Of a DNA stretch of 64,000 bases, positions 21,326-29,976 are shown piece by piece; position 1 is the first letter of the stretch; the number at the start of each line of letters is the position of its first letter. The position numbers were made by a program, and so were the translations under genes. The notes below the pieces were generated by a model that made no database searches, was not told the DNA's origin, and saw nothing but the letters and a program-made list of their open reading frames with translations. The stretch comes from Fidelibacterota bacterium (lineage in GTDB: Bacteria; Fidelibacterota; Marinisomatia; Marinisomatales; UBA1611). The DNA is taken from NCBI GenBank assembly GCA_045568995.1, contig JBJKZY010000044.1:1688-65687 (forward strand), written 5' to 3'.

Positions 21326-21365
21326 TAATTAAAATAGATTTCAGTTACTTTAGAAAAAAAGATGG

Positions 21366-21905
21366 TTATTTATATTCTAAATCAAGTGCAATACGGACTA
21401 CATTCTTTTCAAAGTAAATAATTGAATTTTTAATATTCATATCTACTTTTATTTTTCCTTTTGAAGTCTTTAGTTTTAAGGACTTCTCTTTTGGTTTTGG
21501 GCCATGAAATTTTAATCCACTTTGATAAAATGTACTTAAATCAATTTTGCCGTAGATTGTACCTTTTCGCTCCATTTTTATTACCGGATCTTCTATTAAA
21601 AGGCTTACTTGATTATTGTCAAAACTATATTCAACAAATATCTTTTTTTTAACATTTTTTTTTATATTTGTTTTCCCTTTTTTAAATGTCACAGTTGTCA
21701 GAAAATCAGCAGAACCATATTCAAATTTCACATGGGGATCTTTAATTGACCAAATAGCTTGATTTCCTTTTGGTCCCTTAGGAATTTCATGATTCCCTAT
21801 TATTTTTAGATAATCATTTACCAGGTCTTCAGAAATTGAGATTGAAATTTCGCTTGCGGAAAGGATAGAACTAATTAGATAAATAAAAAGGAAATTTTTA
21901 TACAT
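21366..21905 (-). CDS. hypothetical secreted protein
   Basis: 179 aa with a signal peptide and a K-rich beta-type sequence. No family recognised. Confidence 0.4.
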   Translation of the reverse strand: MYKNFLFIYLISSILSASEISISISEDLVNDYLKIIGNHEIPKGPKGNQAIWSIKDPHVKFEYGSADFLTTVTFKKGKTNIKKNVKKKIFVEYSFDNNQVSLLIEDPVIKMERKGTIYGKIDLSTFYQSGLKFHGPKPKEKSLKLKTSKGKIKVDMNIKNSIIYFEKNVVRIALDLEYK

Positions 21906-22232
21906 TTTTTCTCCAGATCATCTGCAAGATGACTATAAAACAACTTACTATTAATTTATTTTCAATTTGTTCAAATTTTTCTCTAAAATCAATAAACATC
22001 AATATATTTCAATATTTAAGTATGTTTTTTGATTAGGCTATAGGTAAGATTTTTAAATTAAAGATCTTAATAATAAAATTAAACTCTATAAACACAGTAC
22101 AATCTATATGATATGACACATGTTTTGAAATATCATTATTTAAATCTTTCATAATTGTAACTCATTTTTTAAGAAAATAATTTTTTTAAAGATTGAAAAT
22201 AATTTTCTCCCAAAATTTTTATAAATTTTGAT

Positions 22233-23048
22233 ATGTCGGAGACTTCAAAGAAAGTCAATACATCATTATTTAACAACCCCATGGAAACTTTTCCGGGGTT
22301 ATCAATTAATGACTTAAATAGGTATTTACCAGCACTGCGGACAATTAAAGATGTTGAAATGGATGCGCAGAATATGAAAGAAGGCATGTTTTTAGCAAAT
22401 TGTTTGGATGGTCTACGAAAACTACCTGATAATAGCATCGATTTAATAATAGCAAACCCATTTAATAAAGAGGCAGAGAGAAATCCAGAATTTGGGAATG
22501 GTAATACTTTGCAAAGCTATTATCAATGGAATCAGTTCTGGGTTGAGGAATCTCAAAGAGTATTAAAAAATTCCGGAGCTCTGTATCTTTTCACTTCTTG
22601 GGAATATTCTGGTATGTTTCAAGGTTTGCTAAGTAGTTTTTTTCATATTCAATCAAGAATAACCTGGCGCGATAAATTTGCTAACAATAATAAAAAATTC
22701 TGGAAAAATGAAACCTCAGATATTTGGTTTGTCACTAAATCTGAAGAATTTTTATTTAAAAAACATCCAGTAGGAATTAACACAATTAACCAATTAAATA
22801 ATGAAGAAATTGAATCTAATTTATGGTTAGATATTCCAGGCATACCTGAGCAATGGGGCAGATATCCTCAAAAGTTGTTCCTACGAATTATTGAAGCAAG
22901 CAGTTTCAAATTAAATTGGATTTTAGATCCATTTATGTCCATTGGTGATGTAGGAGTTGCTTGCAAAGAAAAAGGGAGACGTTTTATTGGTTTTGAAACT
23001 AATAAAGATAATCTTCTCCTTTCAATGAAACGAGTGGAGAATAGTTGA
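22233..23048 (+). CDS. beta-class N6/N4 DNA methyltransferase homologue with degenerate catalytic and SAM motifs
   Basis: 271 aa, collinear with the PF01555-type layout. It has LANCLDGLRKLPDNSIDLIIANPFNK (NPFN in place of D/N/S-PP-Y/F), RVLKNSGALYLF, YPQKL (instead of HPTxKP) and ILDPFMSIGDVGVACKEKGRRFIGFE (instead of DPFxGSGTT). Confidence 0.7.
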   Translation: MSETSKKVNTSLFNNPMETFPGLSINDLNRYLPALRTIKDVEMDAQNMKEGMFLANCLDGLRKLPDNSIDLIIANPFNKEAERNPEFGNGNTLQSYYQWNQFWVEESQRVLKNSGALYLFTSWEYSGMFQGLLSSFFHIQSRITWRDKFANNNKKFWKNETSDIWFVTKSEEFLFKKHPVGINTINQLNNEEIESNLWLDIPGIPEQWGRYPQKLFLRIIEASSFKLNWILDPFMSIGDVGVACKEKGRRFIGFETNKDNLLLSMKRVENS

Positions 23049-23049
23049 A

Positions 23050-23493
23050 ATGAGCTTATTAAAGAGCATAACAAATGAAATGTATTTATCAATGAAATCA
23101 GGTAATAAAGACAAAGCTAATACCCTTAGAACCCTAATTTCAAAATTAAAAGATCAACAAATTAAATCAAGAAAAGATATTTCGGATGAAGAAACACTCT
23201 TAATAATTAAAACTTTAGTGAAACAACGAAAGGAATCTGCAGAAATATATTCAAAAGCAGGTAGAGAAGAACTTGCAGAGAAAGAAAATTTTGAAATAAG
23301 TATTTTAAGCAACTATCTTCCAAAATTAATGTCCGATGAAGATGTTCTTTTATTAATAAAAAAAATTATAGATGAGACGAATGCAAAAGAATTATCAGAT
23401 ATTGGGAAGGTTATGCCATTAGTTATGCAAGAGGGTAAAGGTAAGGTGGATGGAAAAATCGCAAATAGGGTATTAAGGTCCTTATTAGAGTAA
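23050..23493 (+). CDS. GatB/YqeY domain protein
   Basis: 147 aa with the typical YqeY pattern (KDKANTLRTLISKLKD..., REELAEKENFEISILSNYLP). Confidence 0.85.
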   Translation: MSLLKSITNEMYLSMKSGNKDKANTLRTLISKLKDQQIKSRKDISDEETLLIIKTLVKQRKESAEIYSKAGREELAEKENFEISILSNYLPKLMSDEDVLLLIKKIIDETNAKELSDIGKVMPLVMQEGKGKVDGKIANRVLRSLLE

Positions 23494-24021
23494 ATGCCTT
23501 CTTTTTTAGATAGTCTTGCATTTTTTTTCATTATAATTATGGGCTATAGTGGTTTCACAAAGGGGTTTATTGAAGAATTTGGTAGATTATTGGGATTGAT
23601 TTTTGCAGTTTTTGTTTCAATATCAAAAAGTATTGTTTTTTCTAGTTATCTTAGCACACTTATTGATTATAACGGGTCTATTCTGCTTCCATTATCCTAC
23701 ACATTATTATTTGTTTCTTCAATATGTGTTGGAAGGATTTTAACTAAGTTTGCACATGTAGCTTTTTTATCTGTAGAAAATCGTTTAATGAACCATACCA
23801 TGGGATTTTTTTTCGGGATGGTTAAGGGCGCTATCCTGTTGATTGCATTTGTTTGGTTTGTATCAATACTTCCATTGCAAAAATGGAATAATATAATAAA
23901 TGAAAATTCAAAATTGATAACCTACAGTAATCAAATTAGGTTATCGGTTATTTCATTTTTTAATTGGGAAGACCCTGTAACTTTAAGTGAATCTTATATT
24001 AAAAAGATAACGCAGCCCTAA
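23494..24021 (+). CDS. CvpA-like membrane protein
   Basis: 175 aa with 4 predicted TM. Size and topology fit the CvpA family; recognition is weak. Confidence 0.5.
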   Translation: MPSFLDSLAFFFIIIMGYSGFTKGFIEEFGRLLGLIFAVFVSISKSIVFSSYLSTLIDYNGSILLPLSYTLLFVSSICVGRILTKFAHVAFLSVENRLMNHTMGFFFGMVKGAILLIAFVWFVSILPLQKWNNIINENSKLITYSNQIRLSVISFFNWEDPVTLSESYIKKITQP

Positions 24022-25769
24022 TGCCTCAAATACCCCAAGGAACTGTAGATATAATTCGAGAATCATCGGATATTTTGGAAGTCATTTCGCAATATGTTGA
24101 TTTAAAACAACGTGGTGCAAATTATTTTGGTATTTGCCCTTTCCATGATGAAAAAACACCCTCATTTAGTGTCGCTCCTTCTAAACAAATATACCACTGT
24201 TTTGGTTGCAACTCTGGAGGGAATGTATTTTCTTTTATTATGGACTATCAAAAAATTTCTTTCCCGGAAGCTGTTAAATTTGTAGCCGATCGATACAATA
24301 TTAAAATTGAGTTTGAAAAAAATAATTTTCAATCAGAAAAATATACCGGTCTTTATGAATTACATAATATTGCTATGCAGTTGTATCAAGACAATCTTTT
24401 TTCTGAAGAAGGAAGCCGAGCTCTTGATTATTTATATGAACGTGGACTAAGTGAAGATATTATTAAACAATTTAAAATTGGTTTTGCGAAGGATAGATGG
24501 GATCATTTGGTAAATAAAGTAAAAGGTGAAGGATTTACAAAAAGTCAAATAAATCAATCCGGATTATTTACCCTTTCAGATAAAGGTGTTTTTGATCGTT
24601 TTAGAAGCAGGATAATGTTTCCAATATTCCATCCTTCAGGAAAAATTATTGCATTTGGTGGAAGAATTTTTAATAGCGATGATCCAGCTAAGTATTTAAA
24701 CTCTCCGGAGACTCCTCTCTACCATAAGGGGAGTGTTTTTTATGGAATCCAAGCAACAAGAGATTCAATCAGAAAAAATGGCTGTGCAGTTCTAGTTGAG
24801 GGGTATATGGATTTTTTGAAATTATATCAGGGTTCAGTCTTTAATATCTTAGCTATCTCAGGCACTGCTTTTACTAAAAAACATGTATCTTCCCTCAATC
24901 GAATAACAAAAAAAGTTATTTTAGTTTATGATGGAGATGATGCAGGTGCTAATGCTGCAATAAAAGCAGGATGGACTTTATTACAAGGAGAGCTAGACCC
25001 AATGGTGATTAGGCCACCAAAGGGACTAGATCCAGATGATTGGATTGATAAAGTTGGGGCCAAAAATATTATTAAAGCATTTTCAAAACCTGAATCCTAT
25101 ATTGATTTTAATATAAAATTTCATGAAGGAAAGGAGTTGGAAGGAGCTGATCGGAAGGAATATATTATTCAATTAGCTAAAGAAATAAAAAACATTAAAG
25201 ATGGTATAGTTCGTAACGATTTGATTCGGATTATTTCTTCAAAATTAATGATAGAAGAAAAAGATTTAATACGTATGGTGAAAACGCAAAGAATAGTAGA
25301 AAGCCGAACTATAGAAGAAAATTTTACTGAAAACGATACTATAAATTTTACATCTAAAATCGAAAAGGCTCAGTTCGAACTAATTAAATTAATGTTAAAC
25401 TCGAATAATCAGACTAAAAAACATATAGAAGAATCTATTTCAGAAGACTTGTTAACAGTCCCACTTTTAAAAAAAATTTATGAAATGATTAAAGATAAAA
25501 ATTTGCCTATAGAATCATCTTCAATTATCGAGTATTTTAAGGATAAGAATGAACGTGAGTTTATAACCAAAATGTTTTTTGAAACCGTAAGTGAAACATC
25601 TATTGAAGAAATTGTATTTGATTGCTTAAAAATCTTAAAATCAGATCCAATAAAACAACAAATAAGCGATATTCGTGTTAAAATTCGAGAAAAAGAATCA
25701 AAAGGTGAAAATTCTTTTAAAGAATTAACTTCTTTAGCAGAATTGAGAAAAAAATTAAATGATTTATAG
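24021..25769 (+). CDS. dnaG: DNA primase
   Basis: 582 aa with a zinc ribbon (CPFHDEKTPSFSV...YHCFGCNSGGN) and TOPRIM motifs (VEGYMD, YDGDDAG). Confidence 0.95.
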   Translation: MPQIPQGTVDIIRESSDILEVISQYVDLKQRGANYFGICPFHDEKTPSFSVAPSKQIYHCFGCNSGGNVFSFIMDYQKISFPEAVKFVADRYNIKIEFEKNNFQSEKYTGLYELHNIAMQLYQDNLFSEEGSRALDYLYERGLSEDIIKQFKIGFAKDRWDHLVNKVKGEGFTKSQINQSGLFTLSDKGVFDRFRSRIMFPIFHPSGKIIAFGGRIFNSDDPAKYLNSPETPLYHKGSVFYGIQATRDSIRKNGCAVLVEGYMDFLKLYQGSVFNILAISGTAFTKKHVSSLNRITKKVILVYDGDDAGANAAIKAGWTLLQGELDPMVIRPPKGLDPDDWIDKVGAKNIIKAFSKPESYIDFNIKFHEGKELEGADRKEYIIQLAKEIKNIKDGIVRNDLIRIISSKLMIEEKDLIRMVKTQRIVESRTIEENFTENDTINFTSKIEKAQFELIKLMLNSNNQTKKHIEESISEDLLTVPLLKKIYEMIKDKNLPIESSSIIEYFKDKNEREFITKMFFETVSETSIEEIVFDCLKILKSDPIKQQISDIRVKIREKESKGENSFKELTSLAELRKKLNDL

Positions 25770-25779
25770 AAATCAACAT

Positions 25780-27255
25780 ATGAAAATATTTTTAACCCTT
25801 TTTATATTATTTATTAATCTAATATTTGCAACTCAAGTTCAATTAATTACAGCGCATAAAAAAAGTAATGGTGTTTTATTAAGGATAGTAACGAATTCTA
25901 TTGTTGACATTGAGAATATTGCAGGATGGAAAGGCCAAGAAAATTGGTTTTACCTTACACTAAATGGTTCTTATCTCAGCCCAAAAGCATTGGAGGATCT
26001 ATCATTTGAGTTGCCATTGCTTGATATTGAAATAACAGAAAATAATCAATCCGTACAAATTGGATACCTATTTAATACGCCGATTGAAGATTTTGAAATT
26101 TTTCATTCAAGTGCTAGTCGGGTTGTTTTGGTTCAAGTTTGGGAATCTCTAAGTGACAGTTTGCGTTCTGAAGTGAAACTTTCAGAAGGTACTAATGTTA
26201 ATCGGGTTTTCACCTTACCAAAGAAAGAGTCTAAAGGGATTCCATTTTACGATTCTTTTGTATATGCGAGAGATAAATACGGACCAGAAAAATATTTTGT
26301 ATGGTATAATAATTGGTATTCTACAGAAGATAGCTTGGATAGAGATAGTTTAGAAAAACTAAACAATCAATTTGTTAAAATGCCTAATAATAATCAAAAA
26401 CCAAAACCTCTTTTTTATAGAAAAAGAAAAGTGGAAATTAGTGGCCCTCCTCCACCTCCAAAAAAGTTGAGAAGAGATGCTATTGATATTTCATTTATAT
26501 TAGATAAAGGCCTATTGCTTTCTGGATCTAAAAGAGCTCGTGATGTTAAAGCTCTTCAAGAAGCATTAGTTTCATTAGGTTATTATTTGGGGGAGGGGGG
26601 CGTCTATAATGATGGTATAGATGGTGAATTTGGTCCAAATACGGAAGATGCAGTGTTGCAGTTTCAATTGGATAGAGGTTTTAATAGTGCAAACGTAGAT
26701 GGCATAGTTGGTGAGGGTACTCATAAAGAACTATTAAGAGCCTTATCTGGAGAAAAATCTTTGGTTTCTTTTCAGCCTAAAACTGATGAAGTCCAAAAAA
26801 CTGATGAAGTCCAAAAAACAAACAAAATCAAAAAAATTGATATGAGACAAAAATTTGGTAGCGTAATGCAACAGAGCAGAGAGACGGCAAAGGAATTGCT
26901 AAATCAAGCACCTATAACTACTCAAGTAAAGCGTGAAAAAAGGCGATTAGAAAATATTAGTCAAATAAATCTTTTACCTCCAGATCTTTCTAAACGGAAA
27001 ACATTTCTTAGGTTAACGTGTAACCTTGAAGGTGCTAATGTTTTTATAGATGGTTCATTGATTGGTACAACTCCGTTACTTAAAAAATTTCCTATTACTC
27101 CTGGATGGCATAGAGTTAGAGTGGTAGATCCGTTATCTTCTCCTCCAAAATTTGCAATGGATATTCCAGATTATCAGGATATATATGTTCCAAAAGGACG
27201 AACTCAAAAAATCAGAATAAATTTAGCAACATCAAATCAGGAATCTTTAGATTAG
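25780..27255 (+). CDS. exported protein: N-terminal beta domain + PG_binding_1-like domain + PEGA-like domain
   Basis: ATG 25780 gives signal peptide MKIFLTLFILFINLIFA; the ORF opens at 25759 and overlaps dnaG. It contains a PPPPP linker, VKALQEALVSLGYY...DGEFGPNTEDAVLQFQ...DGIVG, KTDEVQ x2, and ANVFIDGSLIGTTPL...PGWHRVRV. Confidence 0.6.
   Translation: MKIFLTLFILFINLIFATQVQLITAHKKSNGVLLRIVTNSIVDIENIAGWKGQENWFYLTLNGSYLSPKALEDLSFELPLLDIEITENNQSVQIGYLFNTPIEDFEIFHSSASRVVLVQVWESLSDSLRSEVKLSEGTNVNRVFTLPKKESKGIPFYDSFVYARDKYGPEKYFVWYNNWYSTEDSLDRDSLEKLNNQFVKMPNNNQKPKPLFYRKRKVEISGPPPPPKKLRRDAIDISFILDKGLLLSGSKRARDVKALQEALVSLGYYLGEGGVYNDGIDGEFGPNTEDAVLQFQLDRGFNSANVDGIVGEGTHKELLRALSGEKSLVSFQPKTDEVQKTDEVQKTNKIKKIDMRQKFGSVMQQSRETAKELLNQAPITTQVKREKRRLENISQINLLPPDLSKRKTFLRLTCNLEGANVFIDGSLIGTTPLLKKFPITPGWHRVRVVDPLSSPPKFAMDIPDYQDIYVPKGRTQKIRINLATSNQESLD
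26779..26814 (+). repeat. perfect 2 x 18-bp in-frame tandem duplication (KTDEVQ KTDEVQ)
   Basis: aaaactgatgaagtccaa occurs twice back to back. Confidence 0.9.
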
Positions 27256-27256
27256 A

Positions 27257-28138
27257 ATGAAAATTTATTTCTCCAGCACTTTATTCTGGGGAATAATTAG
27301 CTTGATAGTTATACCAAATGTGATAATCTCACAAGATTTACCACTAATCCTTTCTTCAAAAACGATGCCTACTGAAACTGGTGTTAAGTTAGAATTTGTA
27401 CTTTCTAGTTATATTAAAAAAGACGATGTTTCCAGTTGGATAGAGCAGGATAATTGGTTCATTTTAAACTTTTATAATATTATTAGACCAGAATCTAAAT
27501 TTTTTAAAAATCTAATTACCTATCCCATTAGAGAAGTTGAACAAACTTGGATTCAGAACTCTAATTCGCTACAATTATCTATACAAGTTAATAGAAGTAT
27601 AGGTATTTTTGATGTACTGATTCATGATGAGGGACGCAATGTAAGCATTGTAATTACCTATAGTGATTTTATTGAAGCAAAAGAGGCAAACCCGTCTTTT
27701 GTTTTTCCTGACCTCAAAAATTCTCAAAAGAAATCTCACCCATTATCATGGAAAGATGTACGAGAAAGAACTTCCCTAGAAATTATATGTGATACAAAGG
27801 GGCTTCCAATTTATGTCGATGGACAAATGGTTGGTATCTCACCACTAAAAAACTCAATAGATGTTCTACCTGGATGGCATAAAGTGGGCTATTTCCCAAA
27901 TGATTATACCAAGAATTCCAATAAGCTAACTTCTAAGGAAAAAATGCTAAATGACATTCTTGTCATGGGAAGGTTGGATGTTTTTGTTGAAGAAGGTAAA
28001 GAAGAAACAATCGCACTAAATTATCAAACCTTGGACGAAGAGGTTGTGGATTATAATAAACGATTCCAAACTGGAACGATGGTTGGGTTTTCATTGTTTT
28101 TTACAATGATTCTTTTGATGAGTTGGGGGCTAGCCTGA
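27257..28138 (+). CDS. exported PEGA-domain protein with C-terminal TM anchor
   Basis: 293 aa with a signal peptide. The N-domain looks paralogous to that of the preceding gene (SSWIEQDNWFILNF versus AGWKGQENWFYLTL). It has PIYVDGQMVGISPLKNSIDVLPGWHKVGY and a hydrophobic end, MVGFSLFFTMILLMSWGLA. Confidence 0.55.
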   Translation: MKIYFSSTLFWGIISLIVIPNVIISQDLPLILSSKTMPTETGVKLEFVLSSYIKKDDVSSWIEQDNWFILNFYNIIRPESKFFKNLITYPIREVEQTWIQNSNSLQLSIQVNRSIGIFDVLIHDEGRNVSIVITYSDFIEAKEANPSFVFPDLKNSQKKSHPLSWKDVRERTSLEIICDTKGLPIYVDGQMVGISPLKNSIDVLPGWHKVGYFPNDYTKNSNKLTSKEKMLNDILVMGRLDVFVEEGKEETIALNYQTLDEEVVDYNKRFQTGTMVGFSLFFTMILLMSWGLA

Positions 28139-29928
28139 AAAAAGCTCAACTTTTAGTATTTTTTACTTTATCTCAATTATTATTTTTTCAAGTTATTTAT
28201 GCGCAAGATCAAGTAAGTGTAGAAGATGGGAAATTAATTAAAGCTCCTGAATATTATCAGTATTGGAATCCCTACCGTAGAGTAGTTAGCCAAAGAGGTG
28301 AAGCGCATACCTTTTTTGGTAAAGTTTACTATGAGGTATTATATAATAAAGATAACAGAATTAAGGCCGTTACAAAATACGGTGAAGATAGGAAGGCAAA
28401 AGAAACTTACCATTTCATATGGTCACGATCTGGGATACGATCTGAATACAAAGTTGAATTTCATACGGATGGAAGAGCTTCAAGATTAGATACTAGTCTG
28501 TACTCAGATCAGTTGAGTTATGTCCGTCCTGGATGGATAGCTGATGTTACTAGTCGTAGTGACGGGAGACCAAGAGAAGTAGATTTTTATGATCCATTAG
28601 GTATGAATTATTTTTCATATACCTTTAATTATACTACTTTAAAAAAAGACAAAAAATTCTCAGAAGTAATTGAATCTTCATACTTTGATTCAAATTATAA
28701 TTTTGTAGGTAGGCATTTACTTTTTATTGAAAGGGGAGCTTTTTTAAGAATGATACAATATTTTAACTCAGAAAATAAAATCTTCTTAACAAAAGAATTT
28801 TTGCATGATAAAACTCTTGAAGAAACAATAAGAGTTGTCACCAATGAAAAGGGTGAGGAAGTTGAAAGGAAAATTATACCCTATATGCCACCTGATAAAT
28901 ATGCCTATAAATTTGAATGGACAGGATCAGCAGTTATTGATAGGGGGTTAAAAGATATTGACAACTTAGATTTAGCTTATGAATTTGCATTACGAGCGCA
29001 AGAAGCACTTGAGAAAGCAAACGAAGATTTAAAATTAGCAAAAGAAGCATATGAGAAAGCAAATGAAAGAGCAAAACGAACAAAAGAGTTGTTAAAAGAA
29101 GCTGAAAAGCAGGCTGAGGAAGCGGATAAGTTTAGAGCAAAAATGGAAGAAGCAAAACTAGAAGCGCAAAATGCAATAGATTTGATGTATGATGCAGAAC
29201 GAGAAGCAGAATTGGCTAGGTTAGAAGCCGCATCTGCAAAGGCTACTTTAGATGCTATCGAAAAAACACGGGATGTTGAAGATTATGCAAAAGAAGAACG
29301 AAAAAGAGCAAGGAAAGAAGCCAGAAAAGCCAGGAGAGAGGCTAGAAGAGAGGCTAGAGTTGCAAGGGCAGCCTTACAGGATTCTTTACTGGGAGTTGAA
29401 ACAAGAACATTTTTATCTTTATCTTATGGATGGCCCGTATTCGTTGAACAAAGCTTGGATAGTAATACTGCCGGAGTTCATTATTTATTTAGTTTTGGTA
29501 GAAGAAATATGTTTGAGTTTAATGAATGGGATTTCGATTTAGGTTTAGAAGTGAATTGGTATGATTTTTTTTCAGAGAATTCAGAGCAAAATTTTCAAAC
29601 ATTAAGTTATTTTGGAATTACTCAAATTGATATAAGGCCAGGTTGGAAATGGATACCAACTGCTTTAGAAACTACTTTGAAAGTTGGAGGAGGTTTGGTT
29701 TCGCCGGGCTATGGTTTTACCGTAGGAAGCTCTGCAACATACAATCTTTTACCTACTCCCTTAACCGTGGCTGTATTCTCTCAATTTAATTGGGTTTCAG
29801 AAGGTATAGATCAAAATACACCAACGAACTGGACAACGGTTGGTTTACAATTTGGTGTAAATCTTGAAGATAAAATACCTGAAATTTTTGATATAGATTT
29901 ACCTGATATATTTGACATATTTAGGTAA
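28123..29928 (+). CDS. exported protein: beta-rich N-region, long K/E/A/R coiled coil, beta-rich aromatic C-region
   Basis: 601 aa. The start is ambiguous (TTG 28123 or CTG 28135, the latter giving MKKAQLLVFFTL...AQD). The coiled coil spans roughly nt 28960-29390. The C-terminal ~170 aa has alternating aromatic/G strand-like segments. Confidence 0.5.
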   Translation: MGASLKKAQLLVFFTLSQLLFFQVIYAQDQVSVEDGKLIKAPEYYQYWNPYRRVVSQRGEAHTFFGKVYYEVLYNKDNRIKAVTKYGEDRKAKETYHFIWSRSGIRSEYKVEFHTDGRASRLDTSLYSDQLSYVRPGWIADVTSRSDGRPREVDFYDPLGMNYFSYTFNYTTLKKDKKFSEVIESSYFDSNYNFVGRHLLFIERGAFLRMIQYFNSENKIFLTKEFLHDKTLEETIRVVTNEKGEEVERKIIPYMPPDKYAYKFEWTGSAVIDRGLKDIDNLDLAYEFALRAQEALEKANEDLKLAKEAYEKANERAKRTKELLKEAEKQAEEADKFRAKMEEAKLEAQNAIDLMYDAEREAELARLEAASAKATLDAIEKTRDVEDYAKEERKRARKEARKARREARREARVARAALQDSLLGVETRTFLSLSYGWPVFVEQSLDSNTAGVHYLFSFGRRNMFEFNEWDFDLGLEVNWYDFFSENSEQNFQTLSYFGITQIDIRPGWKWIPTALETTLKVGGGLVSPGYGFTVGSSATYNLLPTPLTVAVFSQFNWVSEGIDQNTPTNWTTVGLQFGVNLEDKIPEIFDIDLPDIFDIFR

Positions 29929-29930
29929 AA

Positions 29931-29957
29931 AAAAAGCCCTCGGTGAGAGGGCTTTTT
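29931..29957. terminator. bidirectional intrinsic terminator between convergent genes
   Basis: aaaaagccctc-ggtga-gagggcttttt forms an 11-bp stem with an A-run on one side and a T-run on the other. Confidence 0.75.
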
Positions 29958-29976
29958 TATGTTTTTTAATGTTAGA

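Noticed and set aside
28960-29390. An apparent nucleotide repeat (gccagaaaagccaggagagaggctagaagagaggctaga) considered as a tandem repeat array.
   Set aside because: It is imperfect and codon-level (REARREAR). It reflects coiled-coil low complexity rather than a discrete repeat element.
29252-29542. A same-strand alternative-frame ORF (96 aa) inside the coiled-coil region of 28123-29928.
   Set aside because: It arises from the purine-rich GAA/AAG/GCA repeat composition of the K/E/A/R coiled coil. There is no independent start signal.
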